64,000 nucleotides of DNA from an uncultured Chloroflexia bacterium (lineage in GTDB: Bacteria > Chloroflexota > Anaerolineae > CG2-30-64-16): contig CAVZDU010000001.1 of NCBI GenBank assembly GCA_963774265.1, forward strand, positions 1,152,001 through 1,216,000, given 5' to 3'. The first letter of the stretch is position 1. Every line of letters begins with the position of its first letter. The position numbers were made by a program, and so were the translations under genes. This document shows, piece after piece, positions 20,212 through 29,774 of the stretch. The notes beneath the pieces were generated by a model. The model saw only the letters and a program-made list of their open reading frames with translations, was not told the origin of the DNA and searched no databases.

Positions 20212-21012
20212 TTACTCGTTGATTGACACCATTACCAGCTCGAGGGGAAGCTTCTTACCGCTGGCCTTAAGCGCCTGCTGCGCGACGAAGACCAATCCTC
20301 GACAGCACGGCACCTCCATGTAGGCAACCTTCAGGCTGCGGATGTCGTTATTCGCCAGGATCTGCGTCAGTTTGCCGATATAGGCCTGCGCATCATCCAA
20401 CTTCGGACACCCCACCGCGATCGCACAGTCACGCATGAAGTCGGCGTGCATGTTCGGGTTGGCGAAAGGCACACAGTCGGCGATCAGCGTGAGATCAGCC
20501 TGTTGCAGGAAGGGGGCGTTGATCGGCATCAGGGTAAGTTGCACGGGCCACTGGCGCAGCTCAGATTTGACGCGCGCTTCGTCGCCACTCGCACGACTGG
20601 CGTGCGCTTCTCCTGCGGCCGGCTCGTCCCAGGCGGTCACCTGCATTGATGGACACATCGCAACGGGGGCGCGCTGCGGTTGTGCGGCCGGCGAGACACA
20701 GGAGGAGGTCATCCCGTGCGCTCGCAGATGTTCCAGATGGCGCTGCACCAGGTCGGGGGACTTCTGTTCGAGATAAGTGAGCACGCCGCCTTCGTCGTAA
20801 GAATCCACTTCGAGCTGCGTCACGGTGAGCGCGCCCTGCGGACAATCGCCCAGGCAAGCACCCAGGCCGTCGCAATAGCTTTCCTTTACCAGTCGGGCCT
20901 TGCCGTCGATGACCTGGAGTGCCCCTTCGACACACGCAGGCACACAGTTGCCGCACCCGTCACACTTCTCTTCGTCGATGGTGATGATGTTTCGTACGGT
21001 CTTCATCTTCAT
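20212..21012 (-). CDS. 2x[4Fe-4S] protein with C-terminal Cys-rich domain (family often found near hcp/nitrosative-stress genes)
   Basis: CDGCGNCVPAC, CDGLGACLGDCP, LRQWPVQL, ADCVP, GCPKLD, MEVPCC. Confidence 0.8.
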   Translation of the reverse strand: MKMKTVRNIITIDEEKCDGCGNCVPACVEGALQVIDGKARLVKESYCDGLGACLGDCPQGALTVTQLEVDSYDEGGVLTYLEQKSPDLVQRHLEHLRAHGMTSSCVSPAAQPQRAPVAMCPSMQVTAWDEPAAGEAHASRASGDEARVKSELRQWPVQLTLMPINAPFLQQADLTLIADCVPFANPNMHADFMRDCAIAVGCPKLDDAQAYIGKLTQILANNDIRSLKVAYMEVPCCRGLVFVAQQALKASGKKLPLELVMVSINE

Positions 21013-21248
21013 CCCGCCTTCGTTTTGGCGATTACGTCGGCGCCAACGCATTGTTCAGCGTAGCGACACCACTGGATGCAGGATTGAAGGTTGTTGTAGA
21101 CCACGAAACCGCACTTATCGCACGCGATCTTTTTGTCGATGGAGAATAGCTCTACATCGGACCCGCATTGGGGGCAGGTCTTGATGGTCAGGGTGATATC
21201 CCTTCGCAGGCTGCTCGAGCCGGGACAGAAGTGTTCAAGCATCGCCAT
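21009..21248 (-). CDS. Small Cys-rich (zinc-ribbon/Fe-S) protein, 79 aa
   Basis: CPG, CPQC, CDKC, CIQWCRYAEQC; AAGGAG RBS. Confidence 0.7.
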   Translation of the reverse strand: MAMLEHFCPGSSSLRRDITLTIKTCPQCGSDVELFSIDKKIACDKCGFVVYNNLQSCIQWCRYAEQCVGADVIAKTKAG

Positions 21249-21356
21249 ACTCTCCTTAGATACCGTCAGAACGATTGCTCGCCGGCTGAATTGCGGCGCG
21301 GTCGCCTGGCAAAATGTATCGCAATCAGATCGGACTATTGTGCACATGCGATTGTC

Positions 21357-21372
21357 AGGGACTTTTATCGCA
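21357..21372. promoter_or_regulatory. Candidate Crp/Fnr-family operator
   Basis: AGGGA-CTTTTA-TCGCA, nearly the same as 21695-21710. Confidence 0.45.
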
Positions 21373-21397
21373 CATGCCCGTTTCCGCGGTCGTGCCG

Positions 21398-21628
21398 TCA
21401 ATCGTTCAAGTGGGTTGGTGCGCGGAGCACCACCGCGTACGGAAGGTCGATCGCGCCTACGGGGCACGCTGGCTCGCACAGGCCGTCATACTCGCACAGT
21501 TCAGGCCGCGCAACGATTGCCTTACCTGCCTGAAGGGCCAGCGCACCGGCTTTGCACGCGGTCAGGCAATCCCCACAGCCGGTGCAGGCGGCGATGTCGA
21601 TTTCGGGTAACACGGCATTGATTGACAT
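21398..21628 (-). CDS. Ferredoxin (2x[4Fe-4S]-type)
   Basis: CTGCGDCLTAC and CEYDGLCEPACP. Confidence 0.85.
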   Translation of the reverse strand: MSINAVLPEIDIAACTGCGDCLTACKAGALALQAGKAIVARPELCEYDGLCEPACPVGAIDLPYAVVLRAPTHLND

Positions 21629-21667
21629 AAAATATCTCCTGACGCGCAACGCTCCGCTGCCATTCTT

Positions 21668-21710
21668 ATGATAGCAGCGGAGCGGTCTTTTGTATGGGAC
21701 TTTTGTCGCT
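21668..21710 (-). promoter_or_regulatory. Candidate class II Crp/Fnr-activated promoter of the ferredoxin gene
   Basis: Box TGGGA-CTTTTG-TCGCT (21695-21710) centred at -41.5 relative to minus-strand -10 TATCAT (21673-21668). Confidence 0.5.
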
Positions 21711-21711
21711 T

Positions 21712-22407
21712 TTACATACCGTCGCTTACCGCAGTCAGGGCTTCTCGATTCAGAATGACGATGCGATGGCGGTCAAAGTCGATCAAACCCTCATCGGCCA
21801 GCTCGCGCAGCGCGCGGCCGATCATCTCACGGACAGTACCGAGCCGCGCAGCCATCTCGGCCTGCGTGACCATCTGGCTGCGGTCGAGCTCGCCAGCCTT
21901 GGTGGCGCGCTCGGCCTCATTCAGCAGCAGCCTGGCCAGGCGCGACTTCACTGATCGCAGCGACAGATCCTCCACCATGGCGACAAGGTGTCGCGCTCGT
22001 CGTGCGATACTCTCGATTAGCGCCCAGGCCAAGAGTGGATGCGCCTGGGTCAAGCGCTGCATCTCGCTGCGCGTGATCACCCACAACGATGCATCGGTGA
22101 TCGCCGCGGCGCTGGCCGGATTTGGCCCTCCGTCGAGCACCGCTACATCGTTGAATGTGTCCCCCGGTCCCACGCGATGAAGGATTTGCTCCCGGCCCTG
22201 CGGTGACAGCTTGAAGATCTTCACCTCGCCGGTCCCGACGACGTACAGACCCGCGCATGCCTCCCCTTCCAGAAAAATCACCTGTCCACGGCTGAACCGG
22301 CGCTCTACGCACGCGGCCGCCAGCGCCGCCAGCACAGGCTCGGGCAGGCCAGCGAAGTACGGCACGCGGCGCAAGAAGGCGGGCTCGGGGAATGCTAGCT
22401 GGCTCAT
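21712..22407 (-). CDS. Crp/Fnr family transcriptional regulator
   Basis: cNMP-binding domain (GEVKI, GREQIL), C-terminal HTH TQAEMAARLGTVREMIGRAL. Confidence 0.92.
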   Translation of the reverse strand: MSQLAFPEPAFLRRVPYFAGLPEPVLAALAAACVERRFSRGQVIFLEGEACAGLYVVGTGEVKIFKLSPQGREQILHRVGPGDTFNDVAVLDGGPNPASAAAITDASLWVITRSEMQRLTQAHPLLAWALIESIARRARHLVAMVEDLSLRSVKSRLARLLLNEAERATKAGELDRSQMVTQAEMAARLGTVREMIGRALRELADEGLIDFDRHRIVILNREALTAVSDGM

Positions 22408-24560
22408 GACGATAAGATGGCTCGCACATCCACCGCCACGGCCCCCTGGCCGGCGGGGAGAACCAGTAGTGGGTTCACGTCCAGTTCGCTGATCTCTTCG
22501 TGTTCCGCAGCCAGCCGGCTGATGCGGATAATGGCGTCCACGAGAGCAGGACGATCCGCCGGGGGCGCGCCGCGCAACCCATTCAGCAACCTAGCCGACC
22601 GGATCTCGTCAATCATCTCCTCGGCATCCGGGCGAGTCAAGGGCGCGAGGCGGAAACTCACGTCGGCCAGCGCCTCGACATAGATGCCGCCCAACCCGAA
22701 CATCACCAGCGGTCCATAGGTCGGGTCGCGCTTGATGCCGACGATTACCTGTTGACCTCCCTGTATCATCTCCTGCACCTGGATCCCGCGCACCTGCGCG
22801 CCGGGGTGCGCGGCCTTTGCACGGGTCAGGATCGTCTTGAATCCCGACCTGACAGCGTCCGCGTCGGTCACACCCACGATCACCCCCCCGATGTCAGACT
22901 TATGAAGGATGTCTGGGCTCATGATCTTGAGCACAACAGGGTAGCCAATCTCCTCTGCGAACCTGACTGCGTCGCTTGGATCGCGCGTTAGGAATTCCTG
23001 CGGAGTGCGTATGCCGTAGGCGTCCAGCAGATCCCGGCATGCCGCGGCATCCAACGCTCGGCGTCCGGCTGCATGCGCCAACATCAAGACGTCTTGGACC
23101 TTGCGCCGACCTCTGGCGGCAAGCAGACGCTCCGCCTTGCTCCCAACCTCTCGGGCGGCGCCTTCAGCGAGGCGATTCTCGAACTGCTTCCGCTGCCATA
23201 GCGCGCCAAACACCCGCACTGCATCCTCCGGAAACGTGTAGGCCGGGAGTTGCAGCCGATGTGCGGTTGCCGACGCCTCGTCCAGGCTGATGTCACCCAT
23301 CAAACAAAGGACGACGGGTTTGACCTGGCCGCCCTGAGCCGCGGCTGCGGCGCCGAATGCCTCGACCACGGCCACGGGGTTAATCAGCACTTGGGGCACG
23401 AGAACCGCGAGTACTCCGTCGCAGTTTGGATCCGCCAGCGCCGCGTCCATCGCGAGCCGGTAAGTTTTTTCGTCTGCGCCGCCCAGCAGATCGATGGGCC
23501 CACCGAGCTGCGCGTCCGGGGCCAGCTTCGGGCGCAGCATCGCTTGTGTCTCAGCGGTTGTGCGCGCCAGGAGGAGACCTGCTGCCTCCAACGCGTCTGC
23601 CGCCAGGGCTGCGGGCCCGCCCGCGTTCGTCACGATGGTGATCCGGTTGCCGCGCGGCAGTGGTTGGTACGCGAGGGCCAGCGCAGCGTCGAACAATGCC
23701 TGCACACTTTCCACTTCAAGCACGCCCGCTTGCTTACACGCCGCGCTGAACGGGGCGTGGACGCCTGCCAGCGCGCCCGTGTGTGAAGCGGTCGCGGCCT
23801 GCCCGCTGCCGGTGCGTCCGCTCTTGAGGATAACGACCGGCTTTCGAGCAGCCGCGTCCCGCAGCTCACGGGCAAATGCCGGTCCGCCTTTGACATCCTC
23901 CAGATAAAGCGTGATGACCTTGGTGGCGTCATCCGCGGCCAGGAAGGGGATCACATCCGTCTCGTTGACGTCGGCCTCGTTGCCTACACTCAGGAAACGA
24001 CTGAAGCCGATGCCGCGGCCGACGGTCCAGTCGATGATGCCCCCGCACAACGCGCCCGATTGCGAAAGGAACGCGATGCTGCCCTTCGGCGGCATGCCCT
24101 TGACGAAGGTGGTGTTGAGTGGCGTGTGGGTGTCGATAACGCCGATGCCATTCGGTCCCATGATGCGCATGCCAAATCGTTGCGCAACGGCAACCATTTC
24201 GCGTTCACGCTCGATCCCCTCCGGTCCGACCTCCCGAAAGCCGCCAGAGATGACAATCGCAGCCTTGACCCCGCGCCGACCGCACGCCTCGATGGCCCCC
24301 ACGACGGCTGTCGCGGGGATAATCAGCACGGCCAGCTCGACCGGGTCGGGCACGGAGCCGATGTCCGGGTAGCAGCGCAACCCGAGGATCTCGTCGGCCT
24401 TCGGGTTGATGGGATAGATCGGCCCTCTATAACCCCGCTCCGGGTCCACCAGGTTGCGGACCACTCCGTAACTCAGCTTAGAGGGATCGCGGCTGGCGCC
24501 AATCACTGCGACGCCATCGGGCGTGAAGAAGGGTTGGAGGGAGGTCGAACGCTCGTTCAT
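22404..24560 (-). CDS. Acetate--CoA ligase (ADP-forming), fused alpha/beta
   Basis: IGASRDP, GPNGIG, SQSGA, SHTGALAG, TNAGG, ATP-grasp with HKSDIGGV and ELDVNP. Confidence 0.9.
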   Translation of the reverse strand: MNERSTSLQPFFTPDGVAVIGASRDPSKLSYGVVRNLVDPERGYRGPIYPINPKADEILGLRCYPDIGSVPDPVELAVLIIPATAVVGAIEACGRRGVKAAIVISGGFREVGPEGIEREREMVAVAQRFGMRIMGPNGIGVIDTHTPLNTTFVKGMPPKGSIAFLSQSGALCGGIIDWTVGRGIGFSRFLSVGNEADVNETDVIPFLAADDATKVITLYLEDVKGGPAFARELRDAAARKPVVILKSGRTGSGQAATASHTGALAGVHAPFSAACKQAGVLEVESVQALFDAALALAYQPLPRGNRITIVTNAGGPAALAADALEAAGLLLARTTAETQAMLRPKLAPDAQLGGPIDLLGGADEKTYRLAMDAALADPNCDGVLAVLVPQVLINPVAVVEAFGAAAAAQGGQVKPVVLCLMGDISLDEASATAHRLQLPAYTFPEDAVRVFGALWQRKQFENRLAEGAAREVGSKAERLLAARGRRKVQDVLMLAHAAGRRALDAAACRDLLDAYGIRTPQEFLTRDPSDAVRFAEEIGYPVVLKIMSPDILHKSDIGGVIVGVTDADAVRSGFKTILTRAKAAHPGAQVRGIQVQEMIQGGQQVIVGIKRDPTYGPLVMFGLGGIYVEALADVSFRLAPLTRPDAEEMIDEIRSARLLNGLRGAPPADRPALVDAIIRISRLAAEHEEISELDVNPLLVLPAGQGAVAVDVRAILSS

Positions 24561-25321
24561 CGCCGAGCCTTCCAGGCATGTAGCACCCTCAATGTTGCAT
24601 CCGGCACGTCGGTGATAATGGCTTCAACGCCTAGATCGGCCAGGCGGCGTATGTCCTCTTCTTCGTTCACGGTCCACACTCGCACTGGCATTTTGCGCCG
24701 CCGTGCCGCGGCCATGTAGCGGGCGTCAATCATATCCTTCTCTGGGTGCAGGCCCTCAGCCTTGGAGTACTGCAGGGTTACCCCCCATCTCGTCCAGGCT
24801 GACGTGTCTGCGGCCAGAAGCAGCGCGTGCTCGATCTCTGGCCCCGCCTGCTTCGAGCGGCGCAACGCAAAAGGATTGAACGAACTGATAACCACATCGT
24901 TGACCATTCCGTGGAACCGGACGGCCTTCACGACATCTACGCCCAGCACCGCTCCCGTGATGTCCAGCGACTTCAATTCGATGTTCACGAGCAGTTTGCC
25001 CCTGGCCAGGTCGAGCACCTCATCGAGGGTGGGGATGAGCGTGCCCTGGAATTCTGGGCTAAAGTGCGAGCCGGCGTCGAGTTGGCGCAACGCGTCAAAG
25101 GGGTGGCTCGTGACCCGACCCTTCCCACTGGATGTCTTCTCCAGGTTCAGGTCGTGGAAGATGACCAGCTTGCCGTCCGAGCTGAACTGCACGTCGAGCT
25201 CGATGCCATCGGCACCAAGGCGTATTGCGGCCTCGAACGCAGGCAGGGTGTTTTCGGGCGCGACGCGTTTTGCACCACGATGCGCGAAGACGAGGGGGCG
25301 GTTTGTGACAGTACGTTTCAT
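24557..25321 (-). CDS. Glycerophosphodiester phosphodiesterase
   Basis: AHRG, PENT, IELDV, NIELK, WTVN, ITD. Confidence 0.92.
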   Translation of the reverse strand: MKRTVTNRPLVFAHRGAKRVAPENTLPAFEAAIRLGADGIELDVQFSSDGKLVIFHDLNLEKTSSGKGRVTSHPFDALRQLDAGSHFSPEFQGTLIPTLDEVLDLARGKLLVNIELKSLDITGAVLGVDVVKAVRFHGMVNDVVISSFNPFALRRSKQAGPEIEHALLLAADTSAWTRWGVTLQYSKAEGLHPEKDMIDARYMAAARRRKMPVRVWTVNEEEDIRRLADLGVEAIITDVPDATLRVLHAWKARR

Positions 25322-25345
25322 CCTGACCTCATTGTCCGAAATGGG

Positions 25346-26105
25346 TTATCGTGTCCTGCGGGCCAACTCCACCAGTTTTTGGCCATCCCATAGCTCGATC
25401 GGCTTTCCCGCGGCCCATTCACGAGCTTTGCGCGAAATCGCGCCGGTGGTGGCGAGCCATCCGCGGTCGCCCCGTTCGTGAATCAAGGTCCCGTAGAGCT
25501 CGCGCACCACGGGTTCCCCCACGGTGCCCCGATACCGTTTGCACTGCACCAGTCCCGTGTTGACGGGCGGACGAGAAACCTCGATATCAACGCCGTGGTC
25601 GCCGCTGTAGGACGTGTTATGGATGCGGTATCCGTTCAACTGGAACATCATCCCGATCCACGTCTCGAACTCGGCAGGGTCCAGCGCCAGCATCTGGGCG
25701 AGGCTTTGCACGCGGCCAAAACGTTTGCGGAGAGCCGAGCGGCTGGCGTCCCGCTGGGCAAGCCACACTGGCCCAACCAGAGCCAGCATATGTAGCGCCG
25801 CGGCCGCCGGGGCCACCCAAATGGGCAGCCAACTGGTCCACCAGCCCTGGCCGATGCGCAGCGCGATTACCGCGGGCCAAATAAGGATCCACGAGCGCGC
25901 CCCCGATCAGCCAGGCCCACGGCGTTTCACCTGGCTCGACCATGTCGGCTGTCGAGGCTCCGCGTTCCAACGCGGCCAAAACGCCGCGTCGCGCCAACTC
26001 TGAGCGGGCACGTGCGACCTCTTCCGCCGAGGGCATCCAGTCCGGCTCACCGGCCGATTGTCCGTCTTCCATCGGCGCCAGGGTTGCATGAAATTCCATC
26101 AGCAC
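25346..26105 (-). CDS. Membrane-anchored Mrr-like restriction endonuclease domain protein (apparent indel near 25870)
   Basis: DPAEFE, SGDHGVDI, VQCKRY, ELWDG; hydrophobic N-terminal segments. Confidence 0.75.
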
Positions 26106-26136
26106 GGACAGTTCCTTTGCTTCCTGATGTTTCGGG

Positions 26137-27649
26137 TCATCGGATGTATCTCGTCACGATCACCCGCACAAACTCGGTGCGATCCGCTGGCGTGGCGTTG
26201 GCCTCCAGCCATTGACTTGTCAGGTTGCGTTCGTCCCACATGGGAACCTCGGACGAGATCAGCCACACGGTCTTCGCTCCCCCGACCCTCGTGGCCATCC
26301 ACGCATCCGCCTCGGCCTCGGTCATGCCGTTGTTTGTATACGGCCCCTCGACCCCTGTCCAAGCGGGATCCTCAGGATCGGCGCGGCCGCTGGCATAATA
26401 GGAGAAGGTGTATCGGTTGTATGGGATCTGATATAGGACCGCGTCGCCGGGCTGATGTGACGCTCGCACATAAGCTGCGGCGGCCCGAAAATCGGACTTG
26501 ATCGGTTGACTGGCTTGAAGATACATGCTCCAGCCGTTGAGCGCAAATATTACCAGCCGCGACAGCTATTCCCGCCGGCCGCCACGTTCGGCCTAGCGCC
26601 ACCACTCCACATGCCAGCAGCGCGCAATATGCCGGTAGGGTCCAGATCAGGTAGCGGTCGGTGAAGATGGGCATGCCGACCGACACCACGTAGATCAAGA
26701 GAGGCGGCGCCAGCAGCCACACCCCGAGGAGGAGCGTGACCCCGCGTCGTGCGGTCAGGCGTGAGTCCGTGCGCCATCGAATCTGGGGTTCACCGCTGCC
26801 CAGCTCCGCCGCGCGGTACCTGTTGTGGATCGGCCATAGGGCGACGCCGGCGACCAGCGCGACCATATATGGCAGCAACGAAACCGGCGGAACGCCCAGC
26901 ACGCCACGGCTGAACGCGCCGGACAGGATCCGAAAGATGTTGTCCAAGGATACGAAGGGGTGACCAGTTTGGTATGTCGACGTCCAGAGCGGAGGAATCC
27001 ACCTCAGGAATGGCACGTAGGGCAGTCCTAACACCAGCAGATAGAGGACCACGCCGAGCACACGCCGGCGCGGCGTGGTCCAGGGCAAGAAGAGCAGCCA
27101 TAGGATTTGGACCGGTACGATGAGCGCCGCGAGCAGGTGCGTATAGAAGGCGAGGCTGGTCAATACATATAGCGCCACCCAGGGGTACCACCCGCCTCGC
27201 CGCGCCACCGCGACGATGGCCAGCAGTGACGCGGGCACCAGCACGGTCAAGAGCGCGTACATCTTGGCTTCCTGCCCGTACCATACGCCATAAGGCACGG
27301 TCGCGACGAGGAGTGCGGTCAAGAGGGCCACGCGGCGGTCTGCCAGGCGAGCCAGCAGGACGTAGACCAGGGGGACCGAGAGCGCACCAGCCAGGGCCGC
27401 AGGAAACCGCAGGCTGAACTCGCTGTGTCCTGCGGCAGCCAACCAGGGTCGCAGCGCCAGGAAAAAGAGGGGTCCGTTTTGCCCCGGTTGGCGAAACATA
27501 TCGAGCAGTTGAGGCAGAGGCCGCGTTGCGAAGAGGAGGGCGTCGACTTCATCGCGCCACAGGCTCTGCGATAGGAGCGTCAGGACGCGAAGCGCAAACG
27601 CCAGTAAGGTGATGGCAGGGATGGCGATCCGGGCGGCGAGGCCAGACAT
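26137..27649 (-). CDS. GT-C fold (PMT/GT39-like) membrane glycosyltransferase (apparent indel near 26545)
   Basis: SLWRDE, GPLFF, LRFPAAL, YGQEAKMY, DRYL. Confidence 0.8.
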
Positions 27650-27655
27650 ATGGCT

Positions 27656-28210
27656 TTACAGCCGGCCGCTCCGGCGTAGGAGCAGGATGACGGTCGCTGC
27701 GCCGCCGATCAGCAGGGTGACCCCACATATCAGCCAAATGAGGTTGAGTAGCGCCAGCCCTGCCCGCAGTCCGGGATCATTGTCTACGACGACGGTCGGC
27801 GTGGGCTCCGGCACGCTTCCAGGATTTGTGATCACGGGCTGGGCCAGGGGCAGCGATTCGAGATCGCTTGGGTTAACGATCGTCGGCGCGGGCAAAAACC
27901 CGGACACCGTCGGCGTCGGCAAGATGTCAGTCGGCAAAGGCACAGCAGTGGGCGGTTCGAGCGAGGGGAAGGGCTCGGCCGTTGCGTCAGGCTGGGGCGC
28001 GGCGATGGTGGGCACGAAACTCACGGTTGGTTCGGGAGACCGGGTCGGCACGGCAGGCGCGGTTGGCGATGCCGCGACCGGTGTGGGCATGATGGGGGAA
28101 GACTGGAACGTCGTGCGCGCACTGACGCCGAAAGACAACATCAGCGTGAGGATGGCCGCGGCCACCATGACGGCGATGAAAGACAGGACCGATTGAGTAT
28201 GACTGCGCAA
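27656..28210 (-). CDS. Exported Pro/Thr-rich protein with C-terminal TM anchor and basic tail
   Basis: Signal-like N-terminus, PT-rich linker, C-terminal hydrophobic helix followed by RRSGRL. Confidence 0.6.
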   Translation of the reverse strand: MRSHTQSVLSFIAVMVAAAILTLMLSFGVSARTTFQSSPIMPTPVAASPTAPAVPTRSPEPTVSFVPTIAAPQPDATAEPFPSLEPPTAVPLPTDILPTPTVSGFLPAPTIVNPSDLESLPLAQPVITNPGSVPEPTPTVVVDNDPGLRAGLALLNLIWLICGVTLLIGGAATVILLLRRSGRL

Positions 28211-28323
28211 GGTATAGAATCAGCCTTTTCGATCAAAATTCAGGCACGGATTATAGCACGCCTGCGCTCGACAGCCAACGTGCACGGCCCTTAGCAATGG
28301 TGTATGCCGTTATGGAGTCGAAG

Positions 28324-29671
28324 TTAGTGTATCGCTTTCGGTTGGAAGTGTGTGTTGAACTTGCGCATGGCAGGTAGGATGAACTTGCGATCCACCTCCT
28401 GTGCGATCATGGCCAAGACGCCAGCATCGGAATGGTAGGCGTTGGCGCTCCGAATGCGGCGGCGCAGGCAGCGATTGAAGCGTTCGAGCCGGCTGGTTGT
28501 GCGGAGAAAGCTGCGGCGCCAGGTGGGATGGCGTTCTTGCAGGAGGAAGTAAGCCACGGTGGCGCGGAAGTTGCGCCGGAGCGTGGCCACAGCATCGGGT
28601 TGGGTGTTGCGATATTTCTGCAGCACCTTGAGGGCGCGGCGCAAGACGGTGGCACGCTGTTTGGCCTGAAAGATGGCGACGAAATCGCGGTAGATCGCCC
28701 GGCGCTGGCGGCGCCGTTCAGCTGCGGGCAAATCGTCGGCGATGCGAATGGCTTGCCAGATGTTGCGGAGCTTATGGAAGAGGCAGCGTTGCTCGATGGC
28801 GTCAAAGTGGATGGTGGTGAGTGCGGCGCATAGACCACTGCCGCCATCATGAATGATCAATTCCAGGCCCAGTTCGCCGCGCAAGCCTTGGGCTTCCAGT
28901 TCACTGAGAAAGGCGAGCCAGCTTTCGGCATCCTCGCTGTCGGCCAGCCGCCAGGCCAAGATCCTCCTGGCGGCCGGTTTCCGGCCAGACGCCTAACGCA
29001 ATCAGGAGGCAGCGCTTCCGGCGGCCCTTGACGGCGCGCTTGCGGCCCTTGCGGTCGGTGCGCCACTGCCCGGTCGCACACAGTTGCGTGAACCAGATGG
29101 CATCGAACTGCACGATCGGCGGCGTGGGCCGCTCATCGGCGCCCGGGGTGAGCTGCTGGAGTTGGTGTAAGCGCTGGAGCAGGGTGCGTTGGCCCAACAC
29201 GCCCATATAGCTATGCGCCAGTTCGCCCTGCATCTCGCGCAGGCTGATACTCAGGGCGCCCCAGCGTTGAATTTGAGCGTCGACATCGCTGCCAATGCGC
29301 TGGTAGGGCGCTAGCCAATCATCCAGATCGAGGGTGATGCTGCCGCCGCACTCACAGACGAAGCGGGGCCAGCGCAGCGGCACTTCGCCCCAGCGGGTCA
29401 GCAAATGGCGCGGCCGGCTGCCGTTGCGACTGAACCGCTGGCTCTGCACGGTGTGGCACTTGGGGCACGCACGGGTCTGTTCCAGACTGTTGGCCACGTG
29501 GCCCCGCCGCACGTAGGGCGCCCGGCCCAAGACGTATTCGGCCGCGGCGTACAAACGCTCGCCGATTCCGTGCCCGATTTGGTTGAGCAGGTGGTGATGA
29601 GCCTCTGCAATGGCCCCTTCGATCAAAGCATGGCCGTTGACTTGCCGGCATTCCGGGAGTACGCTGCGCAT
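28324..29671 (-). CDS. IS256-like transposase with N-terminal zinc ribbon (frameshift near 28960)
   Basis: CPKC..CECG, QFDAIW, IHDGG, QRCLFHKLRN (C(2)H motif), RTTSRLERFNR. Confidence 0.85.
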
Positions 29672-29762
29672 CGGGGTGGTCTCCTGGCGTGGTATTGATG
29701 TTGTAACCTGACCTTACCAGGTTTCCACCCTCAGACGAATTTCAACCGATCGGGATACACTA
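28325..29762 (-). mobile_element. IS256/Mutator-like insertion sequence
   Basis: Imperfect terminal IRs TAGTGTATCGCTTTCGGTTGGAA / rc TAGTGTATCCCGATCGGTTGAAA; no clean target duplication seen. Confidence 0.8.
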
Positions 29763-29774
29763 CCGAATTCGCGC

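Noticed and set aside
28314-28324. Target-site duplication for the IS256-like element
   Set aside because: Flanks TCGAAGT and CCGAATT match only 5 of 7 positions; not supportable.
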